A DNA stretch of 64,000 nt from an uncultured Acidobacteriota bacterium (GTDB lineage Bacteria > Acidobacteriota > Terriglobia > Terriglobales > Acidobacteriaceae). The translations under genes were made by a program, and so were the position numbers. How positions within the stretch are numbered: position 1 is the first letter of the stretch; each line of letters starts with the position of its first letter. A model generated the notes under the pieces. That model worked only from the letters and a program-made list of their open reading frames with translations, was not told the DNA's origin and searched no databases. Below, piece after piece: positions 41,906 through 51,060 of the stretch. The DNA lies in NCBI GenBank assembly GCA_963788645.1, contig CAWBHF010000021.1, positions 3,410 through 67,409 of the forward strand. The letters are read 5' to 3'.

Positions 41906-42496
41906 TTACGCTTCTACTTTGCGGAGGTGGAATTTGCGGGTCGCAGTGCGGCCGGAGTAACTGGCCTGAACGAGAACGGCAGAGTCCGGCAGCGCGGATT
42001 CGTCGACGTCGATTTTCATCTCGGCGTCGCCGCCCGCGCCGGTGACCACCTGGGTGTAGAACGGGGCTGCGTTGGGGCGAGCGAAGCGAACCGTCAGCCG
42101 GGCTCCCTCGACAGCCGCGCCTCCTTCAGTGACGCGCAAGCGCAAGAGCAGATTGCGATCCGAATGCACCGAGCCGGCATTGAGCCAGTGCACATCGAGT
42201 TCCTTGATCGCGGCCAGCACTTCCGGGGAAACGCTTTTATCGAGAACGTTGTCCACACGGCCGTCGCGGATGGAGTCAAGCACGAGACGATGCTGGTCGC
42301 GCAGGATTTGCTCTTTCTGCTGGTCGGTGAAGCCGGACTCGGCGGCCTTGTCCGCATAGGAAGTGGCCCGCTTGCCGATGCAACGTCCGCGCACGAAGAC
42401 CTGAGTCTGCAGCAGCAACTCGTTTTCGCGCGCTTCGCTTTGCACGTGATAAACCGTGTCGTCGTGCTTCACGTCGGTGTTGAATCCAAAGATCAT
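41906..42496 (-). CDS. Hypothetical protein
   Basis: 196-aa ORF with a protein-like sequence. No recognisable domain and no clear RBS. Confidence 0.6.
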   Translation of the reverse strand: MIFGFNTDVKHDDTVYHVQSEARENELLLQTQVFVRGRCIGKRATSYADKAAESGFTDQQKEQILRDQHRLVLDSIRDGRVDNVLDKSVSPEVLAAIKELDVHWLNAGSVHSDRNLLLRLRVTEGGAAVEGARLTVRFARPNAAPFYTQVVTGAGGDAEMKIDVDESALPDSAVLVQASYSGRTATRKFHLRKVEA

Positions 42497-42656
42497 GCCG
42501 TTTTATTCAATCGATCCTACCCAACCATTGCCGCAAGTTCCCAAACATGTTAAAAGCTCGTCACAAAATGGCTCTGTCGCTTGACACTCGCATCCCGCGA
42601 AATCTACTCTAGAATGTTTAGTTAATACTTGGCTGCGAATTATATATAGCTCCCCT

Positions 42657-43052
42657 ATGCCGGACAATTACTTCGCTCGCTACCTGCCTTTATTGATTCA
42701 CCTCATCGTAGCAGGTGGGTTGGCATCTGCCATTGTGCTGCTTTCCTGGTTTGTTGGCTACCGGCGGCCCACGCGAGCCAAACTCTCTCCTTACGAATGC
42801 GGCATGACCCCAGTCGGAGATGCTCGGCAGCGCTTCTCAGTGAAGTTCTACCTGGTGGCCATGCTCTTTATTCTGTTCGACGTGGAAGCGATATTCCTGT
42901 ATCCCTGGGCAGTGATTCTGCGTGAACTTAAGATGTTTGGTTTCTGGGAGATGCTGGTTTATATCGGCATCGTTTTAGTGGGCTTCTTCTATGTCTGGAA
43001 GAAGGGTGTTCTTGACTGGGGCACGGTGTCGACGAGAAGGGGCGAAGTCTAA
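42657..43052 (+). CDS. nuoA: NADH-quinone oxidoreductase subunit A
   Basis: 131 aa: KLSPYECGMTPVGDARQRFSVKFYLVAMLFILFDVEAIFLYPWAV. Confidence 0.95.
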   Translation: MPDNYFARYLPLLIHLIVAGGLASAIVLLSWFVGYRRPTRAKLSPYECGMTPVGDARQRFSVKFYLVAMLFILFDVEAIFLYPWAVILRELKMFGFWEMLVYIGIVLVGFFYVWKKGVLDWGTVSTRRGEV

Positions 43053-43549
43053 TGCCTTTGATCCCGGCCATTACCGACCTTGAAGCGCTGAAGGATCACC
43101 CGGCGGTGGCGAGGCTGCGGTCCTGGAATTCGGCGGCGGTCGAAGGCGCGAAGTATGATCGCGACGAGATGACGATTTACATCGAGCGCTCCTGCATACG
43201 CGAAGCCTGCGTGATTTTGCGAGACGATCCGGGCTGTCCCTTTAACTATCTTTCAGATGTGACCTGCGTCGACTGGTATCCTTCGCAGCCGCGATTCGAA
43301 GTCGTGTACGAACTGCTGTCGATTCCGAAGAAGGAACGAGTGCGGCTGAAAGTGCGTTTAGACAACGATAGTCCGGCGCTGGAATCAGTGACCTCGGTTT
43401 GGCCGTCGGCGAATTATTTTGAACGAGAAGTTTTCGATCTGTTCGGGATCCGCTTTGTGGGTCATCCCTATTTGCGGCGAATCCAGATGCCGGAAGATTG
43501 GGAAGGCCATCCGCTGCGCAAAGACTACCCCGTGGAGGGCTATCGCTAG
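43052..43549 (+). CDS. nuoC: NADH-quinone oxidoreductase subunit C
   Basis: 165 aa: FNYLSDVTCVDWYP..PRFEVVYELLS...VTSVWPSANYFEREVFDLFGIRFVGHPYLRRI..PEDWEGHPLRKDYP. The ATG overlaps the nuoA TAA. Confidence 0.95.
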   Translation: MPLIPAITDLEALKDHPAVARLRSWNSAAVEGAKYDRDEMTIYIERSCIREACVILRDDPGCPFNYLSDVTCVDWYPSQPRFEVVYELLSIPKKERVRLKVRLDNDSPALESVTSVWPSANYFEREVFDLFGIRFVGHPYLRRIQMPEDWEGHPLRKDYPVEGYR

Positions 43550-43557
43550 ACTTCGCT

Positions 43558-44763
43558 ATGGCCCACATGACATCCACGCCCGTGTTGGAACCCGGTCAGG
43601 ATCGGACGATGATCCTGAATATGGGACCGCAGCATCCCTCCACTCACGGCGTGTTGCGGCTGATTCTCGAAATCGACGGCGAGACCGTGGTGCGGCTTAT
43701 GCCCGACATCGGGTATCTGCATACCGGGATCGAAAAGACTTGTGAAGCAAAGTTTTACCAGCAGGTAGTGCCGCTCACTGACCGCATCGATTACCTCTGC
43801 CCGATGACCAACAACCTTTGCTACGTGTTGGCGGTCGAGAAGTTGCTGGGGCTGGAGATTCCTCCCAAGGCGCAGTGGCTGCGCGTGATGATGAATGAGT
43901 TGACGCGCATCAACTCGCATCTGGTGTGGCTGGGAACGCATGCCATGGATATTGGCGCCCTCACGGTTTTCCTTTATTGCTTCCGCGAGCGTGAGGATGT
44001 TCTGCGTTTGTTTGAGGCGGTGAGCGGACAGCGCATGATGACTTCGTATTTTCGCATCGGGGGTGTGGCTCTGGAGCCGCCGCTTGGGTTCTTCGACCGA
44101 GTGCGGGATTTCGCCAATCGCTTCCCTTCCAAAGTGGATGAGTATGAAAACCTGCTGACGGGGAATCCGATCTGGGCGATGCGGACGAAGGGCGTGGCGC
44201 GGCTCACGGCTGAAGATGCGATCGCATTGGGCGCCAGTGGACCGACGCTGCGAGGAAGCGGGGTTGATTTCGATTTGCGGCGGGATATGCCTTACTCGGG
44301 TTATGAGAATTTCAAGTTCAAAGTTCCGGTAGCGCAGGAGGGCGATGTGTTCGCGCGGTACATTTGCCGCGTGCAGGAATTACGCGAATCGATTGCCATG
44401 GTGCAGCAAGCACTCGACGGCATGCCTGAAGGGCCGATCAAAGCGGATGCGCCGAAAGTTGTGTTGCCGGACCGGGAAAAGATGAAGACGCAGATGGAAG
44501 CGCTCATCTATCACTTCAAGATCATCACCGAGGGCTTTGCGGTTCCGGCTGGCGAAGTTTATCAGGCAGTCGAGTCGCCGCGCGGCGAAATGGGATACTA
44601 CGTCGTTAGTGACGGAACGGCGAAGCCATATCGCGTGCACATGCGGGCGGCTTGCCTCGCGAATCTGCAGTTGCTGCCGAAGATGTGCGAGGGGCGATTG
44701 CTGGCCGATGTGGTCGCGGCAATTGGATCGATCGACATCGTTCTCGGAGAAATCGATCGGTAG
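43558..44763 (+). CDS. nuoD: NADH-quinone oxidoreductase subunit D
   Basis: Internal Met of ORF 43498-44763: MILNMGPQHPSTHGVLRLILEIDGETV....IGYLHTGIEK...SPRGEMGYYVVSDG. Confidence 0.95.
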   Translation: MAHMTSTPVLEPGQDRTMILNMGPQHPSTHGVLRLILEIDGETVVRLMPDIGYLHTGIEKTCEAKFYQQVVPLTDRIDYLCPMTNNLCYVLAVEKLLGLEIPPKAQWLRVMMNELTRINSHLVWLGTHAMDIGALTVFLYCFREREDVLRLFEAVSGQRMMTSYFRIGGVALEPPLGFFDRVRDFANRFPSKVDEYENLLTGNPIWAMRTKGVARLTAEDAIALGASGPTLRGSGVDFDLRRDMPYSGYENFKFKVPVAQEGDVFARYICRVQELRESIAMVQQALDGMPEGPIKADAPKVVLPDREKMKTQMEALIYHFKIITEGFAVPAGEVYQAVESPRGEMGYYVVSDGTAKPYRVHMRAACLANLQLLPKMCEGRLLADVVAAIGSIDIVLGEIDR

Positions 44764-44766
44764 ACA

Positions 44767-45252
44767 ATGAAATTTTCGGAACAGTTCGAATCTCGCTTCT
44801 CGGAGATGCTGACCCATTATCCGACGAAGCGGTCTGTGCTGGTGCCGACGCTGCTTTATGCGCAGGATGAGGTTGGGTATTTGAGCCACGAAGTGATTCA
44901 CGAGATCGCCCAGCGGCTGGATTTGGCTGATCTCGATGTGAGCAACGTGATCAGCTACTACTCCATGCTCACGACCAAGCCTCACGGCAGGTTCAACGTG
45001 CAGGTTTGCACCAACATTGCGTGCATGTTGCGCGGCGGCGAAGAGCTTCTGGATCACTGCAAGACGAAGTTGGGCATTGGACACAAAGGCACGACTCCGG
45101 ATGGGGCTTTCTCGCTGGAAGAAGTCGAGTGCATAGGCGCGTGCAGTTGGGCTCCGGCGGCACAAGTGAATTATGACTTCCACGAGAACTTGACCGTGGA
45201 AAAGATGGACAAGGTTCTGGACGAATACAAGAGAAATTTAGCAATTGAGTAA
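44767..45252 (+). CDS. nuoE: NADH-quinone oxidoreductase subunit E
   Basis: 161 aa: YPTKRSVLVPTLLYAQDEVGYLS..., VQVCTNIACMLRGGEEL, EEVECIGACSWAP. Confidence 0.95.
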   Translation: MKFSEQFESRFSEMLTHYPTKRSVLVPTLLYAQDEVGYLSHEVIHEIAQRLDLADLDVSNVISYYSMLTTKPHGRFNVQVCTNIACMLRGGEELLDHCKTKLGIGHKGTTPDGAFSLEEVECIGACSWAPAAQVNYDFHENLTVEKMDKVLDEYKRNLAIE

Positions 45253-45299
45253 TCGGGTAATGTTCTACCTACCCGATTTCCCAATTACCCATTCACGAA

Positions 45300-46613
45300 A
45301 TGGCTGACTTGGTTTCCCATCCCGACGAAGTAAAGCTTGTCTCCAAGCGCTTTGGCAAGGGCGCGACGGATATCGATCGCTACCTGGAGCTCGACGGCTA
45401 TAAGGCCGTCCAAAAAGCACTGGGGATGCAGCCAGATGCTATCGTAAATCTGGTGAAGGATTCTGGTTTGCGCGGGCGCGGCGGGGCGGGATTCAACACT
45501 GGGATGAAGTGGTCGTTCGTTCCCAAGCAGTCGTCGAAACCAAAATATATTTTGTGCAACGGCGATGAGAGCGAACCTGGCACCTGCAAGGACCGTCTGA
45601 TTTTCGAACACGATCCACACGCGGTGATTGAAGGAGTCGTGATCGCTGGTATTGCCACGGGCGCGCATGCGGGATACATCTACATCCGCGGCGAGTACCG
45701 ATACTTGCTGGAGATCATGCAAAAGGCGATCAAGGACGCCTACGCGCGTGGATTTCTGGGCAAGAACATTTTCGGCAGCGGCTACGACTTCGAGGCGTAC
45801 TGGCATGGCGGTGCGGGTGCGTATGAAGTCGGCGAAGAGTCGGCGCTGATGGAATCGCTCGAGGGCAAGCGCGGGATTCCACGAATCCGGCCTCCCTTCC
45901 CAGCCGTTGTCGGGCTGTGGGGCGGGCCGACGGTCATCAATAATGCGGAAACGCTGGCCAGCGTGCCACATATTTTGCTCGGTGGGGCGGAGTGGTTTGC
46001 GAAGCTCGGGCCACCCAAGAATGGCGGCACTCGCCTGTTTTGTTTGAGCGGGCACTTGAATCGTCCTGGGGTTTACGAACTGCCCATGGGCTACAACCTC
46101 AAGAAGATGATTTACGAGGTAGGCGGCGGCATCCCGAATGGCCACAAGTTGAAAGCTGTAGTGCCGGGGGGATCAAGCTGTCCGCTGTTGACTGCGGATG
46201 AGATTGACGTCGCGATGGATTTCGATTCGATGATGAAAGCGGGATCGATGCTAGGCTCGGGCGGTCTGGTGGTTGTCGATGACACGACCTGCATGGTGAA
46301 ATTTGCCTTGCGGATCATGAAGTTTTATCAACATGAGAGTTGCGGGTGGTGCATCCCATGCCGCGAGGGAACGGACTGGCTAAAGAAGACTTTGACTCGA
46401 TTTCACGCTAGTGGCGGGGTAAAGAAGGACATCGACAACATCCAGTACCTCTCGGAAAACATGCTGGGACGCACATTCTGTCCACTCGGCGACGCAGCGG
46501 CGATGCCGACGATCTCCATCGTAAAGAAATTCCGGAAAGAATTTGAAGATCATTTGGAAGGCAGGCCGTGTCCGTTCGAGAAGGCTGCCGAGCGCGTAGC
46601 AGTTTTGGCTTAA
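45300..46613 (+). CDS. nuoF: NADH-quinone oxidoreductase subunit F
   Basis: 437 aa: GLRGRGGAGFNTGMKW, CNGDESEPGTCKDR, ESCGWCIPCREG, FCPLGDAA. Confidence 0.95.
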   Translation: MADLVSHPDEVKLVSKRFGKGATDIDRYLELDGYKAVQKALGMQPDAIVNLVKDSGLRGRGGAGFNTGMKWSFVPKQSSKPKYILCNGDESEPGTCKDRLIFEHDPHAVIEGVVIAGIATGAHAGYIYIRGEYRYLLEIMQKAIKDAYARGFLGKNIFGSGYDFEAYWHGGAGAYEVGEESALMESLEGKRGIPRIRPPFPAVVGLWGGPTVINNAETLASVPHILLGGAEWFAKLGPPKNGGTRLFCLSGHLNRPGVYELPMGYNLKKMIYEVGGGIPNGHKLKAVVPGGSSCPLLTADEIDVAMDFDSMMKAGSMLGSGGLVVVDDTTCMVKFALRIMKFYQHESCGWCIPCREGTDWLKKTLTRFHASGGVKKDIDNIQYLSENMLGRTFCPLGDAAAMPTISIVKKFRKEFEDHLEGRPCPFEKAAERVAVLA

Positions 46614-46663
46614 AAGAGCGTCGTTGGTCATTGTCCAGGCTTTCCGGCATCGACGATTTGCGA

Positions 46664-46696
46664 ACGACTAACGACTAACGACGGACGACCAACGAC
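46664..46696 (+). repeat. Heptamer tandem repeat (ACGACNN x ~4.7) in the nuoF-nuoG spacer
   Basis: ACGACTA ACGACTA ACGACGG ACGACCA ACGAC. Its 3' end (GACCAACGAC, 46687-46696) is the inverted repeat of GTCGTTGGTC (46620-46629). Confidence 0.6.
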
Positions 46697-46700
46697 ATTT

Positions 46701-49064
46701 ATGGCTGACGTAAACATCACGGTGGACGGCAAGAAGGTCACGGCTCCGGCTGGGACGTTGCTCATCGAGGCCTGCAAGAGCGCGGGCATCGAGGTGCCCT
46801 CATTTTGTTACTACCCCAATCTGTCTCTGCAGGGCGCTTGCCGGATGTGCCTGGTCAAAGTCGAGAAAATGCCCAAGCTGCAAACGGCTTGCACGACGGT
46901 GATCAGCGAAGGCATGGCGGTCACGACGGAGAGCGATGAGATTCGGCAGGCGCGCAAGAGCATGGTCGAGATGCTACTCGGAAATCATCCACTCGACTGC
47001 CCGGTTTGCGATGCGGGTGGTGAATGTGAACTGCAGGACATGACTTTCTCCTACGGCGCCGCGGAATCCAAATACATCGACGCCAAAAATCATAAGGAAG
47101 AGCAGCAGTGGTCTCCGGTAGTTTTCTTCGATCGTCCGCGCTGCATTCTCTGCTATCGCTGCGTGCGGGTTTGCGGCGAGGGCATGGATGTTTGGGCTTT
47201 GGGAGTCCAGAACCGGGGTGTGAGTTCGCTTATTGCGCCCAATCAAAGCGACCATCTCGAATGCGAAGAGTGCGGCATGTGCATCGACATCTGCCCGGTG
47301 GGGGCGCTGACTTCGGGCGCATATCGCTACAAGACGCGACCCTGGGAAATGAAGCACGTGGGCACAACTTGCACGCACTGCGCCGATGGTTGCAAAACGA
47401 CGCTGGGCGTGCGCCGATCTGATACCGGCATGGAGATTGTGCGCGGAGACAATCGCGACAAAAGCGGCATCAACGGTGATTTTCTTTGCATCAAGGGGCG
47501 TTATGCTTTCGATTTCGCGCATCATGAAGACCGACTGACGCAGCCATTGATTCGGAAGGATGGCAGGCTTACGCCATCGACGTGGGAAGAGGCGTTTGAG
47601 TTGATTGGGAAACGCTTCCGGGAAATTTGCGACCATGCCGGTGGACGGGCGATCGGAGTTTTCGGTTCGAACCGAACCACCAACGAAGAAACTTACCTGC
47701 TGCAGAAGTTTGCCCGCGTCGTGCTCGGGACCAATAACATCGATCACCATCGCACCGCCGACTTCCCTGCCCTGGCGGCGGCGCTCACAGGAAAACCCGA
47801 GGCAACGGCCAGCATGCGGGACGTATTCAGCGCGTCGGCGATTCTGCTGATCGGCAACGATCCCACCGAGCAGCATCCGCTACTGGCGTGGCAGATTCGG
47901 AACAACGTTCGACTGCACCGATCGCGCTTGTACGTGGTCAATTCGCAACCCATCAAGCTGCGCCGGCAAGCGGCGAGTTTCGCGCAGATTCCGGCGGGAT
48001 CGGAAGGCAAAGTGGCTGAGTTTCTGGCCGGCGATAACGCTGCTGTCGATGCGCTCACTAGTGAAGGCGTCAACCGTGATGCCTGGATCGCTTTGCGCGA
48101 AAAACTGCGCGCGGAAACAAACTTGGTGATTATTTTTGGATCGGAGATTCGGGGTGAGGATGTCGCCTCGATGGTGAAGTTTGCGACGGGCATGCAAGGC
48201 GCCAAGCTCGTCTGCCTGAGCGACTACGCCAACTCGCGAGGCGCGGCGGACATGGGACTTTATCCCGACTTGCTTCCCGGTTATCGGCAAGCTGCGGATC
48301 CGGTCGAGTTTCACGAAGAATGGGGCAGCGCACCGCCTCCTCCCGGCTTGAGTTTTCCGGAGATGGTCGAGAGTGCCAAGGCTGGCAATTTGAAGGCGCT
48401 ATACGTGGTCGGGTCGAATCCCATCGACCAGTTTGCTATCGATCCCTTCGCATTTTCGAACACCTTTGTGGTGGTGCAGGACATGTTCCTGACGGAGACG
48501 GCGGTGATTGCGGATGTGGTCTTGCCGGCAGCAAACGCGTATGAGAAGTCCGGTACATTCACCAACACCTGCGGTGACCTGCAACTGGTGAAGAAAGCGG
48601 GCGAGGTTACGGGCACGAAATCGGACTTCGAAGTGATTGTGCGAATCGCGAGCGCTATGGGCTTCGATGTTCGGGGACTGGTGCCGTTTGGGCGAGGAGT
48701 TGGCACGGACATGGGACAATCGCGCGGGGCTCAATCCGGCGAAGCCGATCGCCATGCGGTGTGGCTTGAGGCTCACGGGCTCGAGCCGAAGATGAACCCG
48801 TTCGATCCGATGGCGATTCTGGATGAAATTCAGCGGCTGGTGCCAGGCTACGATGTCCCGCGGATGAATATCCTGGCTGGCAACGATCAGCACACGACTT
48901 TGTCCGGGAGCGGGCCAGGAGCTTTGCAAAATCCAGAATTGATTGTTCCCGCGCAGGATAATCTTTTCAGCTCGGGCACATTGGGCCGTTATTCCCGCAC
49001 GTTGAATTCGGTGATTGAGAACCGTCACAAACAACCGGCGGAGGCGGAAGTCGCCGCCGACTAG
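46701..49064 (+). CDS. nuoG: NADH-quinone oxidoreductase subunit G
   Basis: 787 aa with N-terminal 2Fe-2S and 4Fe-4S motifs (SFCYYPNLSLQGACRMCLV, HPLDCPVCDAGGECELQ, RCILCYRCVRVC, CEECGMCIDICPVGAL) and a molybdopterin-oxidoreductase-like domain. Confidence 0.95.
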   Translation: MADVNITVDGKKVTAPAGTLLIEACKSAGIEVPSFCYYPNLSLQGACRMCLVKVEKMPKLQTACTTVISEGMAVTTESDEIRQARKSMVEMLLGNHPLDCPVCDAGGECELQDMTFSYGAAESKYIDAKNHKEEQQWSPVVFFDRPRCILCYRCVRVCGEGMDVWALGVQNRGVSSLIAPNQSDHLECEECGMCIDICPVGALTSGAYRYKTRPWEMKHVGTTCTHCADGCKTTLGVRRSDTGMEIVRGDNRDKSGINGDFLCIKGRYAFDFAHHEDRLTQPLIRKDGRLTPSTWEEAFELIGKRFREICDHAGGRAIGVFGSNRTTNEETYLLQKFARVVLGTNNIDHHRTADFPALAAALTGKPEATASMRDVFSASAILLIGNDPTEQHPLLAWQIRNNVRLHRSRLYVVNSQPIKLRRQAASFAQIPAGSEGKVAEFLAGDNAAVDALTSEGVNRDAWIALREKLRAETNLVIIFGSEIRGEDVASMVKFATGMQGAKLVCLSDYANSRGAADMGLYPDLLPGYRQAADPVEFHEEWGSAPPPPGLSFPEMVESAKAGNLKALYVVGSNPIDQFAIDPFAFSNTFVVVQDMFLTETAVIADVVLPAANAYEKSGTFTNTCGDLQLVKKAGEVTGTKSDFEVIVRIASAMGFDVRGLVPFGRGVGTDMGQSRGAQSGEADRHAVWLEAHGLEPKMNPFDPMAILDEIQRLVPGYDVPRMNILAGNDQHTTLSGSGPGALQNPELIVPAQDNLFSSGTLGRYSRTLNSVIENRHKQPAEAEVAAD

Positions 49065-49181
49065 ATTTTGTTAGACCGTTCTTTCGGGAGTTAAGTCCGG
49101 ACGAGATGTTCGCGCCAACCGAGGGACGCTAACGCTGCAGCCGTAAAATCAGATTTCTAAAGAGTCAGGAAACCTACTTCG

Positions 49182-50222
49182 TTGAGCCTGGGCGTATTCA
49201 TTCTCGTTTCCGTTATTAAGATCGTCCTCGCGTTAGTCGTGTTGCTGACTGCAGTCGCGTATACGGTCTGGCTGGAGCGCAAGGTTGTGGGCCATATCCA
49301 GAATCGTTGGGGACCCACCCGAGTGGGCCCGTTCGGGCTGCTGCAGCCGCTGGCGGACGGGATGAAGTTTATCTTCAAAGAAGACTTGATACCGCCGCAC
49401 GTTTACAAGCCTCTGTATATTGCGGCGCCGATGATCGCATTGATTTTTGCTCTCACCTCGATCGCGGTAATTCCTGTCGGAAACTGGATTACGGTCTTCG
49501 GAATCCATACGCCACTCGAGATTACCGACGTCAACATCGGCTTGTTAATTGTGCTGGGCATCACTTCGCTGGGCGTGTACGGAGTTGCGCTGGCAGGCTG
49601 GTCGTCGAACAGCAAATATTCCCTGCTGGGCGGATTACGCGCCAGCGCTCAGATGGTGAGCTATGAGATTTCCCTAGGTCTTTCGATAGTGGGCGTGCTG
49701 ATTATGGCAGGCAGTTTCAGTTTGCGGGACATCGTCGATGCGCAAGCGGGAACGTTCTGGGGATTCATCCCACGCTGGAACATTTTCCAAGGGCAATTCG
49801 TCGCCTTCTTTATTTATCTGATGGCGGCTTACGCGGAAACCAATCGAATTCCGTTCGATTTGCCGGAGGCAGAAACGGAACTGGTGGCTGGATACCATAC
49901 TGAGTACAGCGCCATGAAATTCGCCATGTTCTTCATGGCGGAATACGCCAACATGATCACGGTGGCGTGTTTGGCGACCTTGCTGTTTCTCGGCGGATGG
50001 CATGGGCCGCACCGCTTTGGACCGCCGATTGTGCAGGCGATTCTTCCAGTGTTCTGGTTTGTGATTAAGATATTTGCCTTTCTGTTTCTTTATATATGGG
50101 TGCGCGGGACGTTACCGCGCTTTCGCTATGACCAGTTGATGGCATTCGGATGGAAGTTTCTGCTGCCGCTGGCGATTGCGAATCTTGTGATCACAGCCTT
50201 GATCGTGGCGTTGAGAGCATAG
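49182..50222 (+). CDS. nuoH: NADH-quinone oxidoreductase subunit H
   Basis: 346 aa with a TTG start: WLERKVVGHIQNRWGPTRVGPFGLLQPLADGMKF...AETNRIPFDLPEAETELVAGYHTEYS. Confidence 0.95.
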   Translation: MSLGVFILVSVIKIVLALVVLLTAVAYTVWLERKVVGHIQNRWGPTRVGPFGLLQPLADGMKFIFKEDLIPPHVYKPLYIAAPMIALIFALTSIAVIPVGNWITVFGIHTPLEITDVNIGLLIVLGITSLGVYGVALAGWSSNSKYSLLGGLRASAQMVSYEISLGLSIVGVLIMAGSFSLRDIVDAQAGTFWGFIPRWNIFQGQFVAFFIYLMAAYAETNRIPFDLPEAETELVAGYHTEYSAMKFAMFFMAEYANMITVACLATLLFLGGWHGPHRFGPPIVQAILPVFWFVIKIFAFLFLYIWVRGTLPRFRYDQLMAFGWKFLLPLAIANLVITALIVALRA

Positions 50223-50236
50223 CGCAACATAACAAG

Positions 50237-50758
50237 ATGCTTCATCTGCTCGTATTTTCGGTGTTTGGGTTGGTGTGCGTGGCCGGCGCGGTGAATCTGC
50301 TGGTGCAGCGGCACCCGATCAACAGCGCGTTGTCGCTGGTCGTCGTGATGGGTTCGCTCGCCGTTGAATATTTGCTCCTGGGTGCAGAGTTTGTGGCCGC
50401 TGTGCAGGTGATCGTCTACGCTGGCGCGATTATGGTGCTTTTCGTCTTCGTCATTATGCTTCTGAACGCCGGAGAGGAAGAGCGCAGCAAAGGCAGCAGA
50501 GTGGCAATGCTGTTTGGAATTCCCGGCATGTTGATTGGCAGCGTGCTCGTGGCCTGGGTTCTGCTTACGCGGTCGGGTACGGGAAACGTCGCGACCGGTG
50601 CGCTTCCCGGCCCCCCGAAGGTCATCGGATGGCTTCTCTTTCACGATTTTCTGCTGCCGTTTGAAGTTACGTCAGTGCTGGTGTTGATCGCCATCATGGG
50701 CGCCGTAGTATTGGCCAGCCATCCTGGATCAAATCAGCCAGACAAGAGGGGGGGCTGA
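50237..50758 (+). CDS. nuoJ: NADH-quinone oxidoreductase subunit J
   Basis: Internal Met of ORF 50150-50758, 14 nt after the nuoH stop: [36 protein letters not shown]...[23 protein letters not shown]. Confidence 0.9.
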   Translation: MLHLLVFSVFGLVCVAGAVNLLVQRHPINSALSLVVVMGSLAVEYLLLGAEFVAAVQVIVYAGAIMVLFVFVIMLLNAGEEERSKGSRVAMLFGIPGMLIGSVLVAWVLLTRSGTGNVATGALPGPPKVIGWLLFHDFLLPFEVTSVLVLIAIMGAVVLASHPGSNQPDKRGG

Positions 50759-51060
50759 TGGTACCGCTTTCCTATTACCTGGTGCTGAGCGGAATTCTGT
50801 TCGCCTGCGGCGTGACTGGCTTTCTGATCAAACGCAACATCATCACCATTTTTATGTCGATTGAGCTGATGCTCAACGGCGTCAATTTGTCTTTTGTCGC
50901 GTTCGCGGCTCAGTGGCATGCGCTCAGTGGGCAGGTATTTGTGTTCTTTGTGATGGTCGTGGCAGCCGCGGAATCCGCTGTGGGACTGGCCATCATTATC
51001 GCGGTATACCGGACGCGAGAGACGCTCAATGTGGACCGGATAAACCTACTCAAATTATGA
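50758..51060 (+). CDS. nuoK: NADH-quinone oxidoreductase subunit K
   Basis: 100 aa: [38 protein letters not shown]...[17 protein letters not shown]. The start is an ATGA overlap with nuoJ. Confidence 0.95.
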   Translation: MVPLSYYLVLSGILFACGVTGFLIKRNIITIFMSIELMLNGVNLSFVAFAAQWHALSGQVFVFFVMVVAAAESAVGLAIIIAVYRTRETLNVDRINLLKL

